64,000 nt of DNA, taken from the IMG/VR virus record IMGVR_UViG_3300042892_003562, positions 9,926 to 73,925 of that record, one strand, 5' to 3'. Source of the stretch: a virus. A program made the translations under genes and the position numbers. Positions 53,709 to 62,671 of this stretch are shown one piece after another. The notes under the pieces are model-generated. The model did no database searches and was not told the origin of the DNA. It saw only the letters and a program-made list of their open reading frames with translations. The stretch's first letter is position 1; every line of letters starts with the position of its first letter.

Positions 53709-56492
53709 TCACCGCATCTTTCTGCCCACCGTCGTCAACAAGTTGCGCTTGGTCACCACCTTGGCCCAGCCCTTGTTGACCATCTTCGCCACCTTCTGGA
53801 CCTCGTCGCTCTTGAAATGCCCCAGCGTAATCGCCTTCTCCACCAACAGGTTGAACGTGTCCGCCATGTCCGGACTCCGCTTGAGACGCTTCTTCGCCTC
53901 CTCCTTGCTCTCCACCCTGACCGTCCGCCCCTCCTTCTCGTGGTATTCCCTCTCGATCAACTCCGCGATGAGCGCCTTGCTCACCCCCGTGATCTGCCCC
54001 GAACGGATGAACTCCTTCGGCTGAATCCACAGCTCGCTGTTCTTGTTGAAATAGCCGCAGTCCTCGTTACGGAAGACAATCGTCCGGTCGCTCGCCTTGC
54101 CTTGGAAATTCACCTTCTGAACCGCCGACGACCACTCCATGTCCACGACATGACCGAACGGCGTTCCCGCTCCCGTGTTGTCCATGATCGCACGCGTCGG
54201 CTTCACGTCCCACTCCTCGCACAGCTTCTTCCAGCCCCTCACCGTCTGGTGCGTCAGCGCCACCGCCTTGTTCAGGACGTCGTCCTCGATGGTCTGGTAG
54301 CAGCACAGGTGCAGGTGATCCCTACCGTCCACCTTCCCCAGCTTCCCGATCAACGCCTGACTCCTGTCCCCGCCACGGCTGTGCGCCGGGTCAATCGACC
54401 CCAGCGTGCTCGGCGTGTTGTCCCAGATCGGCTCCCGCTCCTCCATCGCCCCGGCATTCAAAAACTCCACCTCCGAGTAAATCGAATTGCTCGTCCCGTC
54501 AGGACACCAGAACGCCTTCACAAACCGGTAATACCCTCGGCTCGTCTTCCCGCCCCGCTTCTCCGCAATCCGGTCGCAATACCCCTGATCCGTCATCCAC
54601 TTGATGTGCCCGTAAAGCTCAGGGTGGGTGATACGGGGACACTGCTCCGCATTCAACCGGATGCAAGCCCCATACTTGGTCGTCCACCGCTCGTCGTTCT
54701 CCGTCACACTCCGCCAACCTGCCTTCGGCTCGCACAGGTCCCCGAACGGGTCGGTCAACCGGTCCGGGTTGGCCATCCCCACGAACATCAACCGCTCGTT
54801 CGACGTCATGTTCTCATACGCCGTCGTCAGAATCCCGTCCGTCAAATGGTTGAACTCGTCCGCCGCCACAATCACGTTCGGATTCTTGATCCCCAGCAAC
54901 TCGTCCGACGCACCGTCCGACGCACTTCCCGCTGGCTTCAACAACACCCCGCTGTTCCGGTCGGTCCCCATGCTCTGGTTCAGCCCCTTGATGTAGCCGT
55001 TCGAGTCGATCAACTTCCCCGGACACCCCTTCTTCTGAGCCTGCGCCCACAACTGCGTGATGCTCTTCCAAATCCGCGTCCGAGCCGCATCCTTCGTCGT
55101 CGACATCACAATGAAGAACGTCTCCGTCGGACGCGCCCAATACTCCATAAGTCCATACAACGCAACACCATGCGACTTCCCAGAGTTGTGGTGGATTGCG
55201 CCTTCTGCGAAATAATGATGCTCAACCGGAACATTGAGGTCATAAAAATCATGGGTTCCGACACTTGTGATTGACTCGACCTGAATAAGTGGCACCATCA
55301 ATCCCGATGAGTGCATGGAGTAAAAACAAGGAGAGGAATGATCGGATTGTCCAACTGTTTCAAGAGCTTGGCAGCACCCGTCTGGTTGCTGACAAGGTTG
55401 GAATGTCTGTTTCGATGATCGGTCATATTCTGAATAAGAGGGGGATTCCAACACCGAGAACAGGGAGACGCCACAACCCATACGCGGCATGTGACCTCCA
55501 CTCGGCAAAGGTTCTGGAAATGTGCGAAGCTGGATACAACCTTTCGCAAATTGCGAGAGTCGTTGGAACCAAGAACGAAGAGGTGAAGAAGTTCCTGAGA
55601 CGGAACGGCGTGACAAAAGAATTCCCGAAAGCAACCTACGGAGAAAAGCACTACGCATGGAAAGGACGGCTACTCGATAAAGACGGCTACGTCTTGATCC
55701 ATTGCAAGGGTCATCCGAACGCCCGGAAGCACACCCACTACATTTTCGAACATCGTCTTGTCGTGGAAGCGGACCTCGGGCGCTATCTCTTGCCGACTGA
55801 AGTAATCCACCACTTGGATGGAGATAAGCAGAATAACTCGGTTGAGAACCTTCAAGTGTTCCAGAGCAACGGCGAGCACCTTGCCGTGGATCTTGCCGGT
55901 CGCTGTCCAAAATGGACCCCGCAGGGCAAGGAGCGTATCCGTAAAGCTCTTCTCCAACGGTGGTCTGACTGGCGAACTTCCAACCAGAACGAGTCAGAAG
56001 ACGGTGCTCTCCCGTGCATTTGAACGAATTTCCGTCACTCAGCCGAAACTCGAACAGCTCAGCCGTCCCCTTCAAATAAGGGACATCGGCCAGAACCGGA
56101 CCATGGAGTGTCATCACCCATGGTCTTTTTTTGTCTTCACACAAACTCTGAATCGTCGGCTGTTCACCAGTCTTCGGGTCCAGCATCCGCGTGTCACCCG
56201 AAACGCACGACGACGCCCCCGCAATCCCCAGAAACCTTTTATCGCTCCAGTCCCCAATCAACTCCCTCACAATCAACTCCAACCACGGCGTCCACAACAC
56301 CCGGCAAATACTTCCCTCACAGTTAAACGCCAAATCCACCGCCCCCTTGAAATACCTGAACCGATCCGCTGGCTCAATCAACGTCCCGTCCCCCTTCTCC
56401 TTCCCCAACGAAAACATCCACAACAAACACACCAACTCCTCTGCCCCCAAGGGAAACTCACACCCGTCAATCACCGGCCCGCGCTGTATCAT
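53709..56492 (-). CDS. terL: terminase large subunit, intein-containing precursor
   Basis: Spliced Walker A GASS|SGKS, Walker B IVAADE, coupling motif MANP, nuclease IDPA..GGD and SPDMADT; start at MIQRGP (56492) or 56501. Confidence 0.92.
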   Translation of the reverse strand: MIQRGPVIDGCEFPLGAEELVCLLWMFSLGKEKGDGTLIEPADRFRYFKGAVDLAFNCEGSICRVLWTPWLELIVRELIGDWSDKRFLGIAGASSCVSGDTRMLDPKTGEQPTIQSLCEDKKRPWVMTLHGPVLADVPYLKGTAELFEFRLSDGNSFKCTGEHRLLTRSGWKFASQTTVGEELYGYAPCPAGSILDSDRQDPRQGARRCSGTLEGSQPSYSAYLHPSGGLLQSARDSARGPLPRQDDVRKCSGCASGRSDDPCNGSRRSRLYRVAVLSMRSAFLRRLLSGILLSRRSVSGTSSPLRSWFQRLSQFAKGCIQLRTFPEPLPSGGHMPRMGCGVSLFSVLESPSYSEYDRSSKQTFQPCQQPDGCCQALETVGQSDHSSPCFYSMHSSGLMVPLIQVESITSVGTHDFYDLNVPVEHHYFAEGAIHHNSGKSHGVALYGLMEYWARPTETFFIVMSTTKDAARTRIWKSITQLWAQAQKKGCPGKLIDSNGYIKGLNQSMGTDRNSGVLLKPAGSASDGASDELLGIKNPNVIVAADEFNHLTDGILTTAYENMTSNERLMFVGMANPDRLTDPFGDLCEPKAGWRSVTENDERWTTKYGACIRLNAEQCPRITHPELYGHIKWMTDQGYCDRIAEKRGGKTSRGYYRFVKAFWCPDGTSNSIYSEVEFLNAGAMEEREPIWDNTPSTLGSIDPAHSRGGDRSQALIGKLGKVDGRDHLHLCCYQTIEDDVLNKAVALTHQTVRGWKKLCEEWDVKPTRAIMDNTGAGTPFGHVVDMEWSSAVQKVNFQGKASDRTIVFRNEDCGYFNKNSELWIQPKEFIRSGQITGVSKALIAELIEREYHEKEGRTVRVESKEEAKKRLKRSPDMADTFNLLVEKAITLGHFKSDEVQKVAKMVNKGWAKVVTKRNLLTTVGRKMR
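55185..56207 (-). mobile_element. intein (341 aa) in the TerL Walker A motif
   Basis: Block A CVSGDT, block B KCTGEHRLLT, block F FYDLNV..HHYFAEG, block G IHHN followed by +1 Ser. Confidence 0.93.
55307..56023 (+). CDS. HTH-HNH homing endonuclease encoded antisense within the intein
   Basis: Two HTH-like segments, then HYAWKG..DGYVLI..HP..YIFEHRLVVE..LGRYL...EVIHHLDGDKQNNSVENL. Confidence 0.9.
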   Translation: MSAWSKNKERNDRIVQLFQELGSTRLVADKVGMSVSMIGHILNKRGIPTPRTGRRHNPYAACDLHSAKVLEMCEAGYNLSQIARVVGTKNEEVKKFLRRNGVTKEFPKATYGEKHYAWKGRLLDKDGYVLIHCKGHPNARKHTHYIFEHRLVVEADLGRYLLPTEVIHHLDGDKQNNSVENLQVFQSNGEHLAVDLAGRCPKWTPQGKERIRKALLQRWSDWRTSNQNESEDGALPCI

Positions 56493-56528
56493 ACCCACCA
56501 CTTACATTCAACCAACCCTCACTGTCAA
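56493..56528 (-). promoter_or_regulatory. candidate sigma70-type leaderless promoter of terL
   Basis: TTGACA begins 36 nt before the ATG; palindrome 56552 is 24 nt further upstream. Confidence 0.5.
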
Positions 56529-56834
56529 CACTTCCTTACCGCCACCACCTCTTTAGCCGGGCTAAAATATTTTTATTTTTCCACATCGGTTTTTTCATAA
56601 CCTATTGAAAATTAATGTTTTTTTCACGACGAACCCATACTGTCCTTCTCTTCTGTATGTAGTAGTTGGGCTTGATAGGAGGACCCGTCGCCCTACCTAG
56701 GCCCCCTCTGAGGCTCTGTGAGCGTCAGTGAGGAGCCTACGCTACAGCCTGTAGCCACTGCATCACGTTGATGTAGCCTACGACATGAGCCAACACCAGC
56801 AGCGTAGCTCACTGCACTATAGAGACATACGACT

Positions 56835-57182
56835 ATGAAGACACTGATTAAGAGACTGTTCGGTATCCAACGCCTTGAAGACGAACTCACCGGAGTGTGG
56901 GCTGAGCTTGAGGCTACCAACCTTGCGCTGCTCACTGAGCGCATGAGTCACCGTGCATACGTCGAGAAGACGCTGGATGAGCGACGCGCTCGCTTTGGTC
57001 CGTGGAAGGCGAAGAAGGATGGTAAGGGATTCTACCGCAAAATAACGTATCCCAACTCGATGCCAAGCTGGAGAACGGAGTCAGCAAAGAGCCTGCCTCC
57101 TCACACCTTTGGTCACTGCGAGTGTGAAGCCTGCCAAGGCGACGCTATCGTTGATCAAATGAATCGCATGATGGGAGGCTAA
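56835..57182 (+). CDS. hypothetical protein
   Basis: 115 aa; first gene of a small divergent cluster. Confidence 0.65.
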   Translation: MKTLIKRLFGIQRLEDELTGVWAELEATNLALLTERMSHRAYVEKTLDERRARFGPWKAKKDGKGFYRKITYPNSMPSWRTESAKSLPPHTFGHCECEACQGDAIVDQMNRMMGG

Positions 57183-57290
57183 TCCCCCGCTCGGGCGTCC
57201 CCTGCACTTCGGTGTGGGGGACCAAGCCTGAGCTCTCTAGGGACTCTGGAGACACGCACCAGCCGTGAACCAACGCTGGCTTTTGAGATT

Positions 57291-57449
57291 ATGGACAACA
57301 CGAAAGAATGCTTGATTGCGGGCCTTGGCCTGCTGTTTGCCTGCTTCGTCGCGGCTTGCTTCGGCGGCTGCGACAACACCTCAGACCGGGAGGTTCCGGT
57401 CACCACTCCCCATGGTGTCCATGGGACATTGAAAGACACAAACCAATGA
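57291..57449 (+). CDS. 52-aa putative lipoprotein (not in the ORF track)
   Basis: Hydrophobic signal LIAGLGLLFACFVAACFGG|C; ATGA overlap with the next gene. Confidence 0.55.
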   Translation: MDNTKECLIAGLGLLFACFVAACFGGCDNTSDREVPVTTPHGVHGTLKDTNQ

Positions 57450-57682
57450 AAACATACGAACAACAATGGATGGACGAAGAGAACTTCGGCGGAGACACAT
57501 CCAGCTCGGGAGACTCTGATTTCGAGAGCTCGGAAGCCCAATGGGAGGCGCTGATTGCCGAACGGCCACCGGGCTACCACGCCTACGAGCAGGACCGTCT
57601 GGTCATACAGAGAGTGGCAGAGGCGGACTTGGAGGCAAGGAGACAGCGTTACAACGCCGTCGTCGAGAACGAGGGTCTTTAG
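57446..57682 (+). CDS. acidic hypothetical protein
   Basis: MKTYEQQW...; stop TAG inside palindrome 57678. Confidence 0.6.
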   Translation: MKTYEQQWMDEENFGGDTSSSGDSDFESSEAQWEALIAERPPGYHAYEQDRLVIQRVAEADLEARRQRYNAVVENEGL

Positions 57683-57806
57683 CCCGGCTAAAGAGACAAA
57701 CGTCGAGAGACGTCAACACAGCCATCCATTGTGGATGCCGGTCCCAAGCCCGGAAGCCTGAAGGTCAAACGACCGTTGGGTGATGTGGAGGGTAGAACAC
57801 ACGACC

Positions 57807-58028
57807 ATGAACAACGTAGCGCAATACATCGCCCGCAAGGGCATCGCCAAGCACATGACCAGAGACGCAGCTATCGCCATCTGGAAGGACCTGAAACGGG
57901 ACGGATGGGAGAAGGACGGCATCATGCTCACCAAGCACAGCGAGGAGGGGACACAGCGCTTCTTCACGTTCGAGGCCAAGGGGCAGTCCGTCTCCGTGTC
58001 TTACATGGAGCTGGAGGTGGCGCTGTGA
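57807..58028 (+). CDS. hypothetical protein
   Basis: MNNVAQY..., 73 aa. Confidence 0.6.
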   Translation: MNNVAQYIARKGIAKHMTRDAAIAIWKDLKRDGWEKDGIMLTKHSEEGTQRFFTFEAKGQSVSVSYMELEVAL

Positions 58029-58255
58029 GCGTCGAGGACGAGGGCTGGGTGGAGGCTGTGATGTCCACCATGAAGCTGCCTGACGTCTCAAATGTCATCC
58101 TGCCCGGCTCTCTGTGGGTGTCGAGGGAGACAGGGAGACGTGGCAAGGTGAGGTGGTCAACACCGACACAGACGATGTTCGAGTTCCGTGAGGGGCTTGA
58201 TGCTTCCCGTCTCTACGAGACAGACAGCTTCCTCCGTCTCTTCAAGGAGGTCTGA
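58025..58255 (+). CDS. hypothetical protein
   Basis: GTGA overlap; followed by a long hairpin at about 58258-58308. Confidence 0.55.
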   Translation: MSVEDEGWVEAVMSTMKLPDVSNVILPGSLWVSRETGRRGKVRWSTPTQTMFEFREGLDASRLYETDSFLRLFKEV

Positions 58256-58776
58256 GCCTTCCCCGTAGGACATCACCATTCAACGTGGTGGTGTCCTTAG
58301 GGGAGGGACTCACATCCTCTCCTCATTCCATCCATTTCCCCCCATTCTTTATTCCGTCGTCAATCGTCTGCGGGGGCGAGTGGGAGGGGCTTTGCGTCTT
58401 TATTACCTGCGTCGGGGACGCTTCGCGTCTCGTCTCCATAGTACGTACAACCCTCCTTTGTCGTCGTTCTGTCGTCGTTGGATCTAATTCATTTCAGCCG
58501 TAACTCGCTCATACTAAGCATTATCCTAATCCTTAGTAAACTACTCAGGTTACTTAGCTCTTGACCCTGCCAGCCTTCTAACCTTTATAATCCTCCGCAG
58601 AGCGGCTTGATGCGTGTGAATCTCGCCATTCGAGTCGCCAATTCACCACGCGAGGAAGGCAAGTTGGTGCAAGTGGGTAAGTTCTGCCCCTTTTGGAAGC
58701 GAGTTGGGTCTGACGGTGGGTGGAAGGAAGGAGGTTGGTTTAGCCGGGCTAAAGAGGAGCTGCCGCTCCATGAGGA

Positions 58777-59304
58777 TTAGACGTCGATGGTTCTGCGAGG
58801 TTGGAAGCCTTGGGTTGCGAGGAGCTGGATTGAAACGTTGGATTGGGCGGCGGACGAGGCGTCGGGGTCGATGGCCTTGGAGAGGAGTTTCTCGGCGATG
58901 GCGGCTTCGGAGAAGGTTTGCGGGACTGGGGCGAGGGCGAAGAAGCGTTGGAGGGCCTTGTTGGTTCCTTGGTAGAGGGCTTCGCGTTGTCCCTCTTTTC
59001 GTGAAGCCCAGAGAGCGGCCACTTGAGAGGCGGGGTCGGACACGTCTTGGTCGTTGTTCTTGAGTGCGTTGGCCACCCTTGTGGGAGTTGCCCACCGTTC
59101 GTCGCAGGAACGTTCGTGGATGGTGCCTTTGGCGATGTTGAATTGCTTGGCGACGTCGCGGGCGAGGGCTCCGGCTTCGATGAGGGAGCGGATGATGAGC
59201 CAGTCCTCGTCGCTCACCTTCTTGTGAGGGCAGCGAGCCATGAGGACGGGCTTGAGAGGCACCGCTTGGGTGCTTGAATCACTTTCAGGGATGGAGTCGG
59301 ACAT
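58777..59304 (-). CDS. putative terminase small subunit (N-terminal HTH)
   Basis: DWLIIRSLIEAG..ARDVAKQFNIAKGTIHER..DERW HTH; helical core; C-terminus ...TIDV. Confidence 0.6.
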   Translation of the reverse strand: MSDSIPESDSSTQAVPLKPVLMARCPHKKVSDEDWLIIRSLIEAGALARDVAKQFNIAKGTIHERSCDERWATPTRVANALKNNDQDVSDPASQVAALWASRKEGQREALYQGTNKALQRFFALAPVPQTFSEAAIAEKLLSKAIDPDASSAAQSNVSIQLLATQGFQPRRTIDV

Positions 59305-59387
59305 GACTCTCCCTAAACACAATTTGCCGAGTTGGCAAGCACGGACACTGACCCGTTTTAGTCAGGCTAAAGAGAAAGACACACGAA

Positions 59388-59576
59388 ATGAAAGCATTAC
59401 TAAGAGTGATAAGAAACGGAGCGCCTTACGTTCCAACTGGTGAGAGTGTTAAATACTTCGAAGGTTGCACCCAGCAACAGCCGGAAGATGGGCTCTACAC
59501 GGCGTATCAGGAAGACGAAGGAGGAGAATGCTCCATCTTCTTCGTTAAAGAAGAAGGCTCGCCATGGGCTATTTGA
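59388..59576 (+). CDS. hypothetical protein
   Basis: 62 aa; divergent from the putative terS across palindrome 59357. Confidence 0.5.
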   Translation: MKALLRVIRNGAPYVPTGESVKYFEGCTQQQPEDGLYTAYQEDEGGECSIFFVKEEGSPWAI

Positions 59577-59809
59577 GACGTAGGCGGCACACAGAAAGCG
59601 TTTGAAGCGTCTTATGGTCACGTAGTGCCGCAGACACCCCCGAACGCGCTCACGGGCTTATGAGCGCAGCCTGAACCCGAAGCATCCGTCAGCCGTCACT
59701 GGTTGCCGGATGTTTTCGTTCAGGCCTTCAACCCGGATCGGCCAGCACGTTGCTGAGCCCTTCGGGCGGGAGACTGAAACGCTGGACAACCCAGCTAGAG
59801 ACAAACGAC

Positions 59810-61495
59810 ATGACTACATCTGTAAAAGCATACGGAACACAACACGTCGAAGCCTTGGGAGTGGCAGAAACTACCCCTTTTGACATCGTCGCAGCGATGG
59901 AAGAAGCGTTCATGAACAACCGTCCGCTGCACACACCGGTGCGACGGGAAACCACACGCGAGCAAATCCTCGGATCGGTTGAGACCGTCTTGTCCCCCAT
60001 GGACGAGTTTGTCGCCAACCGCATCTTGGCTTCAGCTCGTTGGAAGCAGAAGACCATGCTCTTCACCAACTTCGGGCGCTGGCTCGAAGAGGATGAGAAG
60101 CGCATCGTCAATGCCGCCAAGGAAGGCTTGGAGAGCGTCGAAGACCGTCTTGCAGCCGCGTGCTACGCGGTGGAGAAGATCAAGTCGCGCAAGACTTGGA
60201 AGCTGGAGCAGAAGCGTAACGAGGCGGCATCCCACTTCGGTGAACGCGTGAAGGCGTCCAAGATGGTGGTTGACGGCAAAGCCAGCTGGAACGACGCGCA
60301 GGTGCACGAGCTCCCGCCTGTCTCCCACGGCAAGGCCCACGAACCAGCCTACTACGCGATCAAGCTGCCTGACGGCAACGTGGTCAACCTCGGCAAGTCG
60401 GTTGACGGCTTTGCAGCCAAACTCAACAAGTATCCGAGCCAAGCGATGCAGAACATCGCGCTGCGTCTCGGCATCGAGATGCGCGGCGGCGACACCGCCA
60501 TCCTCAACCACCTCTTGGGTGCTGAGCAGGTGGTCACCGTCAACGACAAGGGCGAGACCGAATCCAACTACAAGTGGCTCCCAAGCTACACCTCGGTGTG
60601 GCAGGGCGTCTGGATTGTCTACGTCGGCTGGCGCTTGAATCCGAAAGTGTCGGATTCGAGCTACTGGCTGGACGACAACAACGAGCTGACCCAGTTCAAC
60701 CCGAACTACCAGATGACGCCGGAAGACGAAGGATACCAAGCCCCGCTGACGTTGTCCCAGCTCGACTACCACCTGTTGGCCGAAAGCTCGGACCTCGCGG
60801 TGGAGAACGAAGATGGTGAAACCGTGGAGTTCATGAACGAGGAGGAAGAATTTCTCACCTTCGCGCCCCAGCGTGAGTCGGGTGAGACGTTCATCGACTT
60901 CTCCAAGTATTGCGACAACGACGAAGAGATGGAGCTCTTCGAGGCTTGTTCCTCTGTCATCGAGCGCAGCGAAGGCGGCATCACCGTCGGCGACTTGGAA
61001 AGCTCACAATTCATCGACGGCTATGTCCACAAAGGAATCATCCGCACCGAACGCACCTTGCGCCAGATGCGGGCGATTGAAGACCCGGACGCGAAGCTGC
61101 TTGAGACCATCGAAGGGATGGAGAAGCATTTCGCCCGGCTAAACAGGCTCGACGGCTTGTGGAACGCCTTCGTTGGAACCCACTACGACGAGCCAATGCC
61201 CAAACAGGCGACGTTTGGCGCGAAGGGCGACTTCCGTGAGCCGCTGAAATGCCAGCCGTTCATGTCGCTCGATCCGCTCAACCTCATCGAAGCGCCGTTG
61301 GCGCGTGAGGTGGAGGTCATGCCCGAACACGCCGTCACCACCTACACGTGGCTCAACGCCCTCAGCCCCAAGCTGATGGCCAAGCGCGAGCGTGAAGCCC
61401 GCAAGGGTCAGGTGCTCCGCAGCATTCAACAAGGCACCCTCGCCGCCGAAATGGCCTTCAACGCAACCTTCGAGCGGATGCTCGGGCTTGCTTGA
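59810..61495 (+). CDS. large acidic hypothetical early protein
   Basis: 561 aa with strong phage codon bias; no family recognised. Confidence 0.8.
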   Translation: MTTSVKAYGTQHVEALGVAETTPFDIVAAMEEAFMNNRPLHTPVRRETTREQILGSVETVLSPMDEFVANRILASARWKQKTMLFTNFGRWLEEDEKRIVNAAKEGLESVEDRLAAACYAVEKIKSRKTWKLEQKRNEAASHFGERVKASKMVVDGKASWNDAQVHELPPVSHGKAHEPAYYAIKLPDGNVVNLGKSVDGFAAKLNKYPSQAMQNIALRLGIEMRGGDTAILNHLLGAEQVVTVNDKGETESNYKWLPSYTSVWQGVWIVYVGWRLNPKVSDSSYWLDDNNELTQFNPNYQMTPEDEGYQAPLTLSQLDYHLLAESSDLAVENEDGETVEFMNEEEEFLTFAPQRESGETFIDFSKYCDNDEEMELFEACSSVIERSEGGITVGDLESSQFIDGYVHKGIIRTERTLRQMRAIEDPDAKLLETIEGMEKHFARLNRLDGLWNAFVGTHYDEPMPKQATFGAKGDFREPLKCQPFMSLDPLNLIEAPLAREVEVMPEHAVTTYTWLNALSPKLMAKREREARKGQVLRSIQQGTLAAEMAFNATFERMLGLA

Positions 61496-61643
61496 GGAGC
61501 GCTTCGCGCTGGGAGGATTAGGGCAAGGGAGGGGTTGGTCGGCTCGGAAGGGTCGGTCAACTCCTCCTTCATTCTCATAAACAAGCCATGACGCGCACAT
61601 GACGACAAAGCGCACCAACCAAACCAATAGAAGTCCAAACCAA

Positions 61644-62087
61644 ATGAATACCAACGAAGCCACCGAAGCCACCATCGCCGCCCAAACCCTGACCACCCCA
61701 GTCACCCGCCTTCAACCCGGCAACCACCCCGCAACCATCACGGGCGCGGCGATTGTCCGCAACCACAACGGCAAGCTCAACGTGGAGCTCGACTGCGACA
61801 TGAACGGACGCCGTCTCCAGCACAACATGTATATGACCACGCCAGCGGGCCAAGCCAACACCGCCAAGCAGCTCAAGAACGCATTCGGCATCGAATCGTT
61901 CAAGGACGTGCCCAGCATCGTCGGCCAGTCCTGTGTGCTCCGCATGGAGAACGAGGAATACAACGGACGCACCAGCCTGAAGGTGGTCTACGTCAACCCG
62001 CACAGCTCGGAAGTTGCCGCCGACATTGACTTCGACGCGCTCGACGCGGGCTTCACCGCACCTGCCGAAACGGAAGTGGTGTTCTAA
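61644..62087 (+). CDS. putative single-stranded DNA-binding protein (DUF669-like)
   Basis: LQPG.H.ATI...OB-like strands, EEYNGR; acidic tail ending in Phe. Confidence 0.6.
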   Translation: MNTNEATEATIAAQTLTTPVTRLQPGNHPATITGAAIVRNHNGKLNVELDCDMNGRRLQHNMYMTTPAGQANTAKQLKNAFGIESFKDVPSIVGQSCVLRMENEEYNGRTSLKVVYVNPHSSEVAADIDFDALDAGFTAPAETEVVF

Positions 62088-62103
62088 TCTCCCCCCAACC
62101 CCC

Positions 62104-62151
62104 AAAAAAAGCGGCGGGCTCGACTTCGGTCGGGCTCGTCGCTCATTTTTT
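62104..62151 (+). terminator. rho-independent terminator, possibly bidirectional
   Basis: A-tract, GCGGCGGGCTCGAC-TTCG-GTCGGGCTCGTCGC, T-tract. Confidence 0.85.
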
Positions 62152-62174
62152 ATAAACACTTCAATCGTAACACC

Positions 62175-62477
62175 ATGAAAACCAAAGCATTACTCATTTT
62201 GACCGCGTCAATCGTGACGCTGCAAGCCCGCACGGAACGCGACTACGACCTCGACTGGTATGGACGCCAAAACGCAGAGCGCAACGCGCAACGCCGCCAC
62301 GAAGAAGACCAACGGGAACGCGGCTACCAAGAACAGCAAGAATGGATCAACCGCATCCAACGCGATTCAGCCGCCAAGAAAGCCCAGCAAGCAGCCGACC
62401 GCGCCGCCGCTGAAAACGCTCGACAACTGCGCGACATCCAAGAGAAGCTCGAACGTCTCGAACGCAACAAGCCATGA
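62175..62477 (+). CDS. secreted or periplasmic coiled-coil protein
   Basis: Signal-like MKTKALLILTASIVTLQA, then a charged helix. Confidence 0.65.
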   Translation: MKTKALLILTASIVTLQARTERDYDLDWYGRQNAERNAQRRHEEDQRERGYQEQQEWINRIQRDSAAKKAQQAADRAAAENARQLRDIQEKLERLERNKP

Positions 62478-62548
62478 AACTTCACCCACCATTCTTCTGC
62501 ATAGCCCGCCAACGCTGGATCTACCCTTAAATTTTAACCGCATCAATC

Positions 62549-62671
62549 ATGACCGCCCACGAACAACACCAGCAGATGATCGAAGATCACAAGCAAGCCA
62601 AGGCCAAGCGCCGGGAAGACCACAAACGCACCGGAGGACGCAAGTTTGTGTATCCCGGACATCTCTACTGA
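62549..62671 (+). CDS. 40-aa hypothetical protein (not in the ORF track)
   Basis: MTAHEQHQQMIEDHKQAK...; palindrome 62673 begins 1 nt after its stop. Confidence 0.45.
   Translation: MTAHEQHQQMIEDHKQAKAKRREDHKRTGGRKFVYPGHLY

Noticed and set aside
53817-55274. 485-aa + strand ORF antisense to terL
   Set aside because: It is the codon-aligned shadow frame of a GC-biased gene, with Arg/Pro/Leu/His-rich sequence and no motifs, unlike the true HNH at 55307.
59740-59790. Hammerhead ribozyme (CTGAG...GAAAC)
   Set aside because: The core does not match CUGANGA and the three-stem arrangement could not be built.
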